Source of the DNA: Lachnospiraceae bacterium
GTDB lineage: Bacteria; Bacillota; Clostridia; Lachnospirales; Lachnospiraceae
DNA: 64,000 nt
Direction of reading: 5' to 3'
Assembly: GCA_017441295.1 (NCBI GenBank)
Contig: JAFRYA010000012.1
Coordinates: 13,714-77,713, forward strand
In this document: positions 47,354 through 56,498 of the stretch, piece after piece
How the letters are laid out: each line of letters opens with the position of its first letter
Position numbering within the stretch: the first letter of the stretch is position 1
Translations under genes and position numbers: made by a program
Notes under the pieces: model-generated
Database searches by the model: none
Seen by the model: only the letters and a program-made list of their open reading frames with translations
Told to the model about the DNA's origin: nothing

Positions 47354-48511
47354 CTATTTGGAAACAAATTTTGAAAGCACCGGCAGGAGTTCCTGTAATG
47401 CTTTGAGTGTTTCTCTAACGTCTTCTTCTGTATTGTATTTCGAAAAGCTGAATCTGAGCGTGCAGTCAGCCTGTTTCTTGTCCAGTCCAATGGCGATCAG
47501 CGTATCGCTGGCCGCGGCAGTCTTTTTATTGGAGGAGCATGCGCTTCCCGCAGATACATATATGCCTTTATCCTCCAGTGCATGCAGCAGCACTTCGCTC
47601 TTAACAGGCGCAAATGTGGCACTTACTATGTTCGGCGCTGACAGCTCTCCCTTCTGGCTGTTGACCTTTACACCCATCTCCGTTAAACCATCAGTCAGCG
47701 TATCTTTAAGCCGGCTCAAGTATTCTCTGCCTGCTGCCAGATCTTTATAAGCATTCTCTGCTGCCAGGCCCAGGCCTGCAGCTCCCGGAACATTGTCAGT
47801 GCCTGAACGCATTCCCTTTTGCTGGCCGCCGCCCAGGATGAGCGGTTTGATCTTTGTTCCATTTTTGATATATAAGAATCCTATGCCCTTCGGGCCGTGA
47901 ATCTTATGTGCCGAAACACTTAAGAGATCAATATTCATGCGGACCGGATTAATCTCGTACTTGCCATATGCCTGCACTGCGTCCACATGGAAAATAGTCT
48001 TAGGGTTATCTGCCTTTACAGCCTTGCCTATGGCTGAGATATCCTGAACTGCACCGATCTCGTTATTAACAAACATAATCGAAACCAGGATGGTGTCAGG
48101 TCTGAGCTTTGACTTTAATTCTTCGATATCTATGTGTCCATAGCCGTCCACTTTCAGCCTGGTTATTTCAAAGCCCTGCTCTTCCAGGAAGTCTGCTGCC
48201 TTTTCAACCGAAGGATGTTCAAAGCAAGTCGTGATTATGTGCATGCCGGCCCTTTTATTGGCCGTTGCCGTTCCGATCAGAGCCATATTATTAGACTCTG
48301 TACCGCCTGATGTGAAAAGGATCTCTTTCTCAGAACATTTAAGAGTCTTAGCTATTCTCTCTCTCGCCTCTCTCAGGTACTTTTCTGAATTCACTCCCAG
48401 CATATGCTTGGAAGAGGGATTGCCGTAGTCCTCCCTCATCACTTTTTCGATCAGCTCTATTACGTTGTCATCCACCCTCGTGGTGGCGCTGTTATCTAAA
48501 TAAATCTCCAT
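47354..48511 (-). CDS. Cysteine desulfurase (NifS/IscS-like)
   Basis: PLP-Lys context SAHKIHGPKG; active-site context SAGSACSS. Confidence 0.92.
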   Translation of the reverse strand: MEIYLDNSATTRVDDNVIELIEKVMREDYGNPSSKHMLGVNSEKYLREARERIAKTLKCSEKEILFTSGGTESNNMALIGTATANKRAGMHIITTCFEHPSVEKAADFLEEQGFEITRLKVDGYGHIDIEELKSKLRPDTILVSIMFVNNEIGAVQDISAIGKAVKADNPKTIFHVDAVQAYGKYEINPVRMNIDLLSVSAHKIHGPKGIGFLYIKNGTKIKPLILGGGQQKGMRSGTDNVPGAAGLGLAAENAYKDLAAGREYLSRLKDTLTDGLTEMGVKVNSQKGELSAPNIVSATFAPVKSEVLLHALEDKGIYVSAGSACSSNKKTAAASDTLIAIGLDKKQADCTLRFSFSKYNTEEDVRETLKALQELLPVLSKFVSK

Positions 48512-48513
48512 TA

Positions 48514-49254
48514 TTATCCTTCAAGCATGAATGTAAGTACGCTAAGCAGCATTAAAGGCGCAGTCTCTGTACGCAGAATGCGGTTTCCAAGAGTGATGAG
48601 CCTGGCATCAGCCTGCTCCGCCATCTCAATCTCCTTCTCAGCAAAGCCTCCTTCAGGTCCTATGAAAATGGCCACGGACATGCCCGGCTTTATCTCAGCC
48701 AGAATTTCTTTGGTTTCCTTCATGCCTTTATGATTCTCATAAGGAACCAGGATCATGTCACACTTTTCCTTAGCATATTTAAGAGCCTCAGAATAATTCA
48801 TGACAGGCTTCACCTCAGGGATCACTCCGCGGTGCGACTGCTTAGCTGCGCTTTCAGCAATGCCCTGCCACCTGGACAGCTTATTCTTCAGCTTCTTGTC
48901 ATCATATTTAACGATGCAGCGGGACATATTCGTCGGGATGATCTCATAAACTCCCAGTTCCACAGACTTCTGGATCACATGCTCCAATTTGTCGGACTTT
49001 GGAAGCCCCTGGAACAGATAGAATTTCACGCTGCACTCGGAGCTTGAGACTTCTTTGCTCAAAATATTGCAGACAACTTCCTGCTCAGTCATGGACTCAA
49101 TTTCGCACAGGTAATCAGAGCCCTCTCCGTCGCTGACCATTATCTGCTCGCCGGTCTGCATCCTGAGAACGTTCTTTATGTGGTTTACGTCTCCGCCTTC
49201 GATATAGACTTTTTCGCCCGAAATATTGCCGGGATCAATAAAAAAATGATACAT
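48514..49254 (-). CDS. rsmE: 16S rRNA (uracil1498-N3)-methyltransferase RsmE
   Basis: MYHFFIDP...; C-terminal IGPEGGF...LGNRILRTETA. Confidence 0.9.
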   Translation of the reverse strand: MYHFFIDPGNISGEKVYIEGGDVNHIKNVLRMQTGEQIMVSDGEGSDYLCEIESMTEQEVVCNILSKEVSSSECSVKFYLFQGLPKSDKLEHVIQKSVELGVYEIIPTNMSRCIVKYDDKKLKNKLSRWQGIAESAAKQSHRGVIPEVKPVMNYSEALKYAKEKCDMILVPYENHKGMKETKEILAEIKPGMSVAIFIGPEGGFAEKEIEMAEQADARLITLGNRILRTETAPLMLLSVLTFMLEG

Positions 49255-49384
49255 AATTAATTAAGTATACATTATTTTCGGCAGAAAATAAAACAATTAA
49301 TCTTGCAATATATTATTGGTATTCTCTTAAAAAACATATATAATTATATGGTTAACAAGTCACACCACCGAAAAGGAGAACACA

Positions 49385-50260
49385 ATGAAGGAATATACCC
49401 CGATCAAAGAAGGCAAAGTTAGAGAAATTTATGACGTTGGAGAGCACCTGATCCTCGTTGCAACAGACCGTATCAGCTGCTTCGACGTTATCCTTAATAA
49501 CACCGTTTCCAAGAAAGGTACCGTCCTTACTCAGATGTCCAAGTTCTGGTTTGATCTGACCAGCGACATCGTTGGAAACCATATGATTTCCGTTGACGTA
49601 AATGACATGCCTGAATTCTTCAGACAGGACAGATTCAATGGCAACAGCATGCTTGTTAAAAAGCTTACCATGCTCCCTGTTGAGTGCATCGTAAGAGGAT
49701 ACATCACCGGTTCTGGCTGGGCCAGCTATCAGGAGAACGGCACAGTCTGCGGTATCAAGCTTCCGGAAGGTCTTAAGGAGTCTGAGAAGCTCCCTGAGCC
49801 TATCTACACACCATCCACCAAGGCCGAGATCGGTGATCACGATGAGAATATTTCCTTCGAGCAGTCAGTTGATTATCTTGAGAAGAGATTCCCGGGCAAA
49901 GGCAAAGAATACGCTGAGAAGCTCCGCGACTACTCCATCGCCCTTTACAAGAAATGTGCAGACTACGCTCTTACCAAGGGCATCATCATTGCGGATACCA
50001 AATTCGAGTTTGGTCTGAATGAAAACGGCGAAGTTGTTATCGGTGATGAAATGCTGACACCTGACTCATCCAGATTCTGGCCATTAGATAAATATGAAGT
50101 CGGACATTCAGAGCCTTCATTTGACAAGCAGTTCGCACGTGACTGGCTCAAGGCTAACCCACACGACGACTGGACACTTCCTCAGGAGATCGTTGACAAG
50201 ACTATTGCCAACTATATCGAAGGATATGAGATGCTGACCGGCAAGAAATTTGATTTTTAG
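49385..50260 (+). CDS. purC: Phosphoribosylaminoimidazole-succinocarboxamide (SAICAR) synthase
   Basis: EGKVREIYD...[11 protein letters not shown]. Confidence 0.95.
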   Translation: MKEYTPIKEGKVREIYDVGEHLILVATDRISCFDVILNNTVSKKGTVLTQMSKFWFDLTSDIVGNHMISVDVNDMPEFFRQDRFNGNSMLVKKLTMLPVECIVRGYITGSGWASYQENGTVCGIKLPEGLKESEKLPEPIYTPSTKAEIGDHDENISFEQSVDYLEKRFPGKGKEYAEKLRDYSIALYKKCADYALTKGIIIADTKFEFGLNENGEVVIGDEMLTPDSSRFWPLDKYEVGHSEPSFDKQFARDWLKANPHDDWTLPQEIVDKTIANYIEGYEMLTGKKFDF

Positions 50261-50272
50261 ATAGGAGCTGCA

Positions 50273-51724
50273 ATGAGTAAAGATAATTATTCAAGCCCGT
50301 TTTCAGAAAGATATGCCTCCAAGGAGATGCAGTACATCTTCAGCCAGGACAAGAAGTTCAGCACCTGGCGCAAACTCTGGATCGCTCTGGCTGAGACTGA
50401 GATGGAGCTGGGCCTGTCCCAGGACGGTCAGCCTGTCATCACTCAGGAAATGATCGATGAGATGAAGGAGCACATATACGACATTAATTACGAAGAGGCC
50501 CAGGCCCGCGAGAAGCTCGTACGTCACGATGTTATGAGCCATGTTTACGCGTACGGTCTGCTCTGCCCTAAAGCTGCCGGCATCATTCACCTGGGTGCTA
50601 CCAGCTGCTACGTAGGTGACAATACAGACATCATCCTGATGCGCGAGGCACTGGAGCTGGTCAGGAAGAAGCTGATCAATGTAATCGATAAACTGGGCCG
50701 CTTCGCTGAGCAGTACAAAGCCCAGCCGACACTGGCATTTACACATTTCCAGCCTGCCCAGCCGACCACAGTCGGCAAGCGTGCCACCCTGTGGATCAAC
50801 GAGTTTATGATCGATCTCGAGGATGTAGACTACGTACTTTCCACATTGAAACTCCTCGGCTGCAAGGGCACGACAGGCACACAGGCTTCATTCAAGGAGC
50901 TGTTCAACAATGATCAGGAAAAGCTTAACCGCATCGATCCGATGATTGCTGAAAAGATGGGCTTTAAGGCATGCTATCCGGTATCCGGCCAGACCTATTC
51001 CCGCAAGGTTGACACCCGCGTGATGAACGTGGTCGCAGGTATTGCCGCATCCGCCCACAAGATGTCCAACGACATCCGTCTGCTCCAGCACCTGAAAGAA
51101 GTTGAAGAGCCGTTCGAGAAGAACCAGATCGGTTCATCCGCGATGGCTTACAAGAGAAACCCGATGCGTTCAGAGCGTATCGCATCCCTGTCCAGATATG
51201 TCATCGTTGATGCCTTGAACCCAGCCATCACATCAGCCACACAGTGGTTTGAGAGGACCCTGGATGACTCCGCAAATAAGCGCATCTCCATTTCAGAAGG
51301 TTTCCTCGCTATCGACGGCATCCTGGATCTGTGCGCAAACGTAACCGACGGACTGGTTGTAAATGAAAAGGTTATCGAGAGGCATATGCGCGAGGAACTC
51401 CCGTTCATGGCCACTGAGAATATCATGATGGACGCAGTTAAGGAAGGCGGCAACCGCCAGGAACTCCACGAGGAGATCAGAAAGCTCTCCATGGAAGCCG
51501 GCGCAAACGTTAAGCAGAAAGGCCTTTCCAACAATCTGCTCGAGCTCATAGCAGATTCAAGCGCATTCAACGTTACCCTTGAAGAGCTGGAAACCTATAT
51601 GGTTCCTGAAAACTATGTCGGCCGCTCCGTCGAGCAGGTAGAAGCGTATATCAGAGACTTCGTTCAGCCTGTCCGCGAAGCCAACAAAGACATCCTCGGC
51701 TTCACAAGCGAAATAAATGTCTAA
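50273..51724 (+). CDS. purB: Adenylosuccinate lyase
   Basis: SPFSERYASKEM; lyase signature GSSAMAYKRNP. Confidence 0.95.
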   Translation: MSKDNYSSPFSERYASKEMQYIFSQDKKFSTWRKLWIALAETEMELGLSQDGQPVITQEMIDEMKEHIYDINYEEAQAREKLVRHDVMSHVYAYGLLCPKAAGIIHLGATSCYVGDNTDIILMREALELVRKKLINVIDKLGRFAEQYKAQPTLAFTHFQPAQPTTVGKRATLWINEFMIDLEDVDYVLSTLKLLGCKGTTGTQASFKELFNNDQEKLNRIDPMIAEKMGFKACYPVSGQTYSRKVDTRVMNVVAGIAASAHKMSNDIRLLQHLKEVEEPFEKNQIGSSAMAYKRNPMRSERIASLSRYVIVDALNPAITSATQWFERTLDDSANKRISISEGFLAIDGILDLCANVTDGLVVNEKVIERHMREELPFMATENIMMDAVKEGGNRQELHEEIRKLSMEAGANVKQKGLSNNLLELIADSSAFNVTLEELETYMVPENYVGRSVEQVEAYIRDFVQPVREANKDILGFTSEINV

Positions 51725-51742
51725 CTAATAATTGTATTTTTT

Positions 51743-51773
51743 GAACCGCCACGTTTTTGTGGCGGTTCTTTTT
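51743..51773 (+). terminator. purB rho-independent terminator
   Basis: gaaccgccac/gttttt/gtggcggttc followed by TTTTT. Confidence 0.85.
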
Positions 51774-51838
51774 ATGTGGGATGGCCGCATGTCCGACTAA
51801 ACTGACGTGGAGGGCAGGCGGCCATTCCTGCATAAAAA
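51769..51838. repeat. Hairpin with the conserved 19-nt apical loop (copy 2 of 2)
   Basis: About 25-bp stem (3 T-G/G-T pairs, 1 mismatch, 1 bulge). Loop CGACTAAACTGACGTGGAG at 51794-51812 matches copy 1 at 18 of 19 positions. The stem sequence is unrelated to copy 1. Confidence 0.7.
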
Positions 51839-51868
51839 AGGACCGCCACACAAAAAGTGTGACGGCCC
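51834..51868 (-). terminator. Rho-independent terminator of the FAD-oxidoreductase gene
   Basis: The minus strand reads gggccgtcacac/ttttt/gtgtggcggtcc followed by TTTTTT. Confidence 0.8.
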
Positions 51869-51880
51869 ATAAAAATATTA

Positions 51881-53416
51881 TTAATTTTTCAGAGATTCAT
51901 TCTCACCTGTCTTGTAGTTTGTATCCTGACGGAATCCCTTTACGTATTCCTCACCTTCAGCCTTTGCCTTCTTAGCTGCATCGGTGTACAGACCATACTC
52001 AAACTCTTCAACCAGGTCGGTGTAGCTCTTGTCGGTATGTTCGTTTCTTGGCAGAGGAACGTCCTGCTCGCCAGCCAGAATATCCTGAACCTTCTTAACA
52101 TTTACGTGGTGGATATCTGTGCCGTCCAGAACTGCAACTGCTGCTGCAACACCTGCTGCCTGGCCTGTGCCTGTGCACTGCGGAATCAGGTTCAGCCAGT
52201 CAATAGCGATATTGTCAGCTGACAGATGACGTCCCGGAGCCAGGAGGTTCTCGCAGCCTTTAGCTGTGATAGCGCCTAGAGGTATCTCAACAGGACCGCA
52301 GTCATTAATCTGGCAGATAGTTGAATGCCATGCGATTACATCGTCATGCTTCTTAGCGAAAGCGAAGTCGTCTGTATGCATAATATACTCACCCTGAAGT
52401 CTTCTGGAGCACCTTACGCCTGCCTGCGGAGCAATGTCGTAGAGGTATGCATTCCTGAATGCTACAGGTACAGCTTCTCTCATGTACTGGATAACCTTGT
52501 CGATCGTCAGTCTGGTGTTGACCTCGGTATCTGTCAGATCTTTAACATTGGAGCAGTCTCTGTTTGTATGCCAGTTGTTCATCCAGCATACTGTATTGTC
52601 ATTGGTCGGCAGAGGCAGGATTCTGAATCCGGCAACCTTCATAAGGCCTTCCTTGAATGCAGGAACTACATCCGGATGAGCCAGCTGCCACTCATAATAG
52701 TTATCCCAGTTAATGCCGCCGATCCTGTAGACCAGGGATGTTGTTGAGGATCTGCATACAGCGTCTGCCAGTGTCTGGAACTCAGCGCCTGACTGGCAGT
52801 AGATGTCGCCGTCGCCTGTTGCATCGATTACCTGTTTAGCCAGGATAGCCTTGCGGCCTTCCTTGGACTCGAAAATAACGCCCTTGATAACTTTGTTCTC
52901 AACGATAGGAGTTACGCCCCAGGAATGATATAACAGCTGGATGCGGTCTCTCTCTTCGTAGATCATCTCGTCAAATACTATGCGCATGTACTGTGGGTCG
53001 AAGTACGGTGCCCTAACGAGCATGGATTCCTTGCATCCGCCGAATGTACCGCGGCTGACACAGTCATGGATAGCTCTCCAGCGATGCAGAAGTGCCGGAT
53101 CTGTTGAGCCGATCTCGTCAAGTGACGGAGCCAGAACTGAGCCCGGGAACTCTTTGGCTGAACGTGTGAACCACTCTTCCTGGATGCCCCTTACGAAGCT
53201 TTTGTTCCTCCATGAGAGGTTCGGGAGCATTACTACATAACCGCCGGTTGCGTCACCGCCCATGTAACCGTAACGCTCTAAAAGGATTATATTCTTTGCG
53301 CCTGCACGGGCTGCTGCTAATGCAGCTGCCTGGCCTGCTGCACCTGCGCCTACAACCAGTATGTCGCACTCTGCATATACAGGTATGTCGCGGGCTGCCT
53401 CATGATAAACTGCCAT
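51881..53416 (-). CDS. FAD-dependent oxidoreductase (FAD_oxidored/pfam12831-like)
   Basis: CDILVVGAGAAGQAAALAAARAG...LLERYGYMGG, 511 aa. Confidence 0.8.
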   Translation of the reverse strand: MAVYHEAARDIPVYAECDILVVGAGAAGQAAALAAARAGAKNIILLERYGYMGGDATGGYVVMLPNLSWRNKSFVRGIQEEWFTRSAKEFPGSVLAPSLDEIGSTDPALLHRWRAIHDCVSRGTFGGCKESMLVRAPYFDPQYMRIVFDEMIYEERDRIQLLYHSWGVTPIVENKVIKGVIFESKEGRKAILAKQVIDATGDGDIYCQSGAEFQTLADAVCRSSTTSLVYRIGGINWDNYYEWQLAHPDVVPAFKEGLMKVAGFRILPLPTNDNTVCWMNNWHTNRDCSNVKDLTDTEVNTRLTIDKVIQYMREAVPVAFRNAYLYDIAPQAGVRCSRRLQGEYIMHTDDFAFAKKHDDVIAWHSTICQINDCGPVEIPLGAITAKGCENLLAPGRHLSADNIAIDWLNLIPQCTGTGQAAGVAAAVAVLDGTDIHHVNVKKVQDILAGEQDVPLPRNEHTDKSYTDLVEEFEYGLYTDAAKKAKAEGEEYVKGFRQDTNYKTGENESLKN

Positions 53417-53468
53417 TGTTTTTCCCCTTTCAAAATGAAATACTGAATTTATATTAGCAAATATTGCA

Positions 53469-54887
53469 TTAAAGTACCAGTAAATCTGTATACTCTCTCA
53501 TATCGTCAAGATTATCGATCCTGTCAGCGAGCTCTATTATCTTCTCTCCTCTGGATTTCGGAAGCTTGTCGAATGTGTTGAACTGATCCCAGAATTTGCT
53601 GATCAGGAACTCGCGTGTCGGATAAGCATGCATTGATGAAGCGTAATCTTCAATATCTTCAAATACATTGCCGTCCTTCATCTCAACTACCATCTTCATC
53701 AGCTTGGCTCCGCCTTCCGCCTCGAAGGTATCCATTGTAGAGCCCTCTGTCAGCGGGATCAGATACGGATCAGCCTGGATAGCAGGTGTCTGGACGTAAG
53801 CTATGCTGACATTGCCATTGAGCATTGCGCAGCATGCCGCGAACTGGAAGCTGAACAGCGCATTTATATGATTCCTGAGAGTAAACGGATTGGAATAATA
53901 GTTATGCGGGATGCTTGTGCTCCTGTACAGATGGAACTGCTTGATCTGTGACGGGTCAAACTTGCCGTAGTACTCTTCTATCTTCTTACGGATGCCCTTT
54001 CCGCAGTTGGCTGCGGATGAGGTAGGAATGCCTCCCGGTCCGCGCTTGAAGCTGCCTTCTGTATAATAAACCTTGCCCACATCATCGAAAGCCGCGTCAT
54101 ACAGGTCAGGCAGCTCGCTGCCGTCCTTCTTGGCCAGCTGCATTGAGATCAGTCCCCAGTGTCCGTAGAAAGGATCCTCCAGGCCTCTCCAGCCGCCTTT
54201 TGCCAGCTCACATGCAATGATGCCCATCTGAGCGCCTGCGCCGTTGTGATATTTGAAATCCTGGCAATAATCGAAATATGAATTAGCCGGATCAGTGGAA
54301 TTCAGCGCCGCATAGCTCAGCGCAGCCTTGGTCTGTACCTCATCCAGTCCGTAGTAACGTGAAGCCAGCGCAGCTGCCGCTGATGAAACCATCAGCATAT
54401 CGGTCGGCCATCTGACCGGCAGTGTATACAGAATCCTGGCTGTAACGTCTTCGGCTGCGATGTTGTTGGTTATGAACTGCTTGCCGGATGTCGGCTGCGC
54501 AGCAGCCATAGTCAGTCCCATAGGAATCAGCGTCTCGCCTGCGTGTGAAGCGATTTTATCATTTTTGATATGGAAGAACATGTTGCCATAGTCGTTGGCC
54601 CTGGCAGTGATGCAGTTGGCCATCGCGGCATTCGGCAGCGGGAGCTTGCCGCTTCTGGCGAAAAGAGGTGCCTCTTCCCTGCCTCCCCATTCGATCAGCT
54701 TCTGCACAAAGAACTGGTCTTCAGGAACAACAGCGCCGCCGAAAATGCATCCTGTCATATCCAGGAGCCTGTCCTTGAATATGCGCACATTGTCCTCGCT
54801 GAGGTCTTCAAATTTAGTGTTTACAAGGTTGCTGCAAAGCAGCTCTGTCGCCTTGGGTGGTCTGAGTTTTGCTTCTTCAACCTTCAT
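53469..54887 (-). CDS. MmgE/PrpD-family protein, paralog 3
   Basis: FEDLSEDNVRIFKDRLLDMTGCIFGG, 472 aa. Confidence 0.83.
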   Translation of the reverse strand: MKVEEAKLRPPKATELLCSNLVNTKFEDLSEDNVRIFKDRLLDMTGCIFGGAVVPEDQFFVQKLIEWGGREEAPLFARSGKLPLPNAAMANCITARANDYGNMFFHIKNDKIASHAGETLIPMGLTMAAAQPTSGKQFITNNIAAEDVTARILYTLPVRWPTDMLMVSSAAAALASRYYGLDEVQTKAALSYAALNSTDPANSYFDYCQDFKYHNGAGAQMGIIACELAKGGWRGLEDPFYGHWGLISMQLAKKDGSELPDLYDAAFDDVGKVYYTEGSFKRGPGGIPTSSAANCGKGIRKKIEEYYGKFDPSQIKQFHLYRSTSIPHNYYSNPFTLRNHINALFSFQFAACCAMLNGNVSIAYVQTPAIQADPYLIPLTEGSTMDTFEAEGGAKLMKMVVEMKDGNVFEDIEDYASSMHAYPTREFLISKFWDQFNTFDKLPKSRGEKIIELADRIDNLDDMREYTDLLVL

Positions 54888-55050
54888 CAGTATTCCCTCC
54901 GTGTTAATGTTTTTATTTATTAAATTTTAACTTTCTTAAATAATCAATGCAAGTGCAAAGCGTGTATCAGCTCATTCAAAATATTATCTTTGAAAAACTC
55001 AGAAATTCATTTATTATTATATTGATCATCGGATTATGAAAGGAGAAAAA

Positions 55051-56463
55051 ATGGCTGAAAATAAAGTAAATGTAACTGACGCCCTTCTGGATTTCGTTGA
55101 AGCGCACCGCACATATGACACACTTCCGCAGGAAGTGATCGATATAACCAAGACATTGCTGTTCGACGCAGTGAGCAACACTCTCGGGGGCCTGGCGTCC
55201 GACAAGGGCAAGATCGGCATACAGTTCGCCAAGATGACCGGCGGCTTCCCTGAGGCCACAGTCCTCGGCACGGGCCAGAAGGTCAGCGCTGCCGCTGCCG
55301 CACTGGCTAACGGCGAACTGCAGAACGGTCTGGATTATGATCCCGTTCCGCATATCCCGCCTATCCTGATGCCGTCTGTCATGGCTATCGCTGAGCAGCA
55401 GCATTCCACAGGCAAAGAGCTCATCACTGCTCTCGCAGTAGGCGGCGAAGTTGCCATCAGGCTCTCAGACGTCCTCATGAACGCCATGAGAAGGAGCCTC
55501 GCGGAAACAGGCAAGACCCCTGATGTCTTCGGCAATTCAAATGAGCACGTTATCGGTGCTGCAGTCGCATGCGGCATGCTGCTCGGGCTTAACCGCGAAC
55601 AACTCGGCCAGTGCATCGGCATCTCAGCAGGCCTCTGCTCTCTGCCGATCTGCAGGGATTGGGAGAGCACCATGCCTAAGACCATGATCAAATACTTCCC
55701 TGCCGCATGGCTCGCCCATACCGCTGTATGCTCAGCCCAGCTGGCTTCCCTCGGATATACAGGCAACGCATATACTCTGGACAGCGAGTACGGCTTCCCG
55801 GCAATCTACTGCAGAGTTCCGGGCGTATGGGATCCTGAGGAAGTCATCAGGGATATCGGTAAGACATGGAAATGGCTGAAAATGGGTCTTAAACCTTACC
55901 CGGCCTGCAGATATCTGCACTCCGATCTGGACTGCTTCTATCAGCTCCTGAATGAGCACCATTTCGGACCTGACGAGATTGACGAGATCCGCTGCTACAG
56001 CGCTACCTTCGTGGCACATCCTGACCAGATGGCCGTCAGCAACCAGATTGACGCCCAGTTCTCAGGACCATATTCACTGGCAATGATACTGTACGGATAT
56101 GAAGTAGGTCCGGCATGGCAGAACAAGGCCGCGCTCAATGATCCGCGCATCCGCAGCTTCATGAGCAAGGTTAAAATGCTGACATCTGAGCATCATTATG
56201 AGCTCAAGAAGAAAGACCCGCTGTCATGGTATGCAAAGGTTGAGATCGATGCCCGCGGACAGACATACACCGCTGAATGCGATTATTCAACAGGCACCAA
56301 CAGAGACGGTTTCCGCATCACTCAGGAAGACCTGGACAAGAGATTCCTCAATAACGCGCTGATAATCCTGCCTACAGAAAAGATTGAGAAGGCGATCGAC
56401 CAACTCAAACACATTGAAGAATATGATGACCTGCAGGAGGTCATGAAAAACCTGGTATTATAA
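55051..56463 (+). CDS. MmgE/PrpD-family protein, paralog 4
   Basis: YDTLPQEVIDITKTLLFDAVSNTLGG. ATG 55051 follows AAAGGAG. Confidence 0.83.
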   Translation: MAENKVNVTDALLDFVEAHRTYDTLPQEVIDITKTLLFDAVSNTLGGLASDKGKIGIQFAKMTGGFPEATVLGTGQKVSAAAAALANGELQNGLDYDPVPHIPPILMPSVMAIAEQQHSTGKELITALAVGGEVAIRLSDVLMNAMRRSLAETGKTPDVFGNSNEHVIGAAVACGMLLGLNREQLGQCIGISAGLCSLPICRDWESTMPKTMIKYFPAAWLAHTAVCSAQLASLGYTGNAYTLDSEYGFPAIYCRVPGVWDPEEVIRDIGKTWKWLKMGLKPYPACRYLHSDLDCFYQLLNEHHFGPDEIDEIRCYSATFVAHPDQMAVSNQIDAQFSGPYSLAMILYGYEVGPAWQNKAALNDPRIRSFMSKVKMLTSEHHYELKKKDPLSWYAKVEIDARGQTYTAECDYSTGTNRDGFRITQEDLDKRFLNNALIILPTEKIEKAIDQLKHIEEYDDLQEVMKNLVL

Positions 56464-56465
56464 GA

Positions 56466-56498
56466 AAAGAAAAGGGCCGCATCTGCGGCCCCTTTTTT
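56466..56498. terminator. Bidirectional intrinsic terminator between PrpD paralog 4 and pyk
   Basis: aaaa gggccgc/atct/gcggccc cttttttat. Confidence 0.85.

Noticed and set aside
49255-49384. Expected purine riboswitch or PurR box upstream of purC
   Set aside because: I could not recognise the conserved purine-riboswitch core or a three-way junction. Only a plausible promoter (TTGGTA, 17 nt, TATAAT) is present. Regulation may occur elsewhere.
49352-49840. 162-aa minus-strand ORF overlapping purC
   Set aside because: It is antisense to a strongly supported purC gene and has no recognisable motifs.
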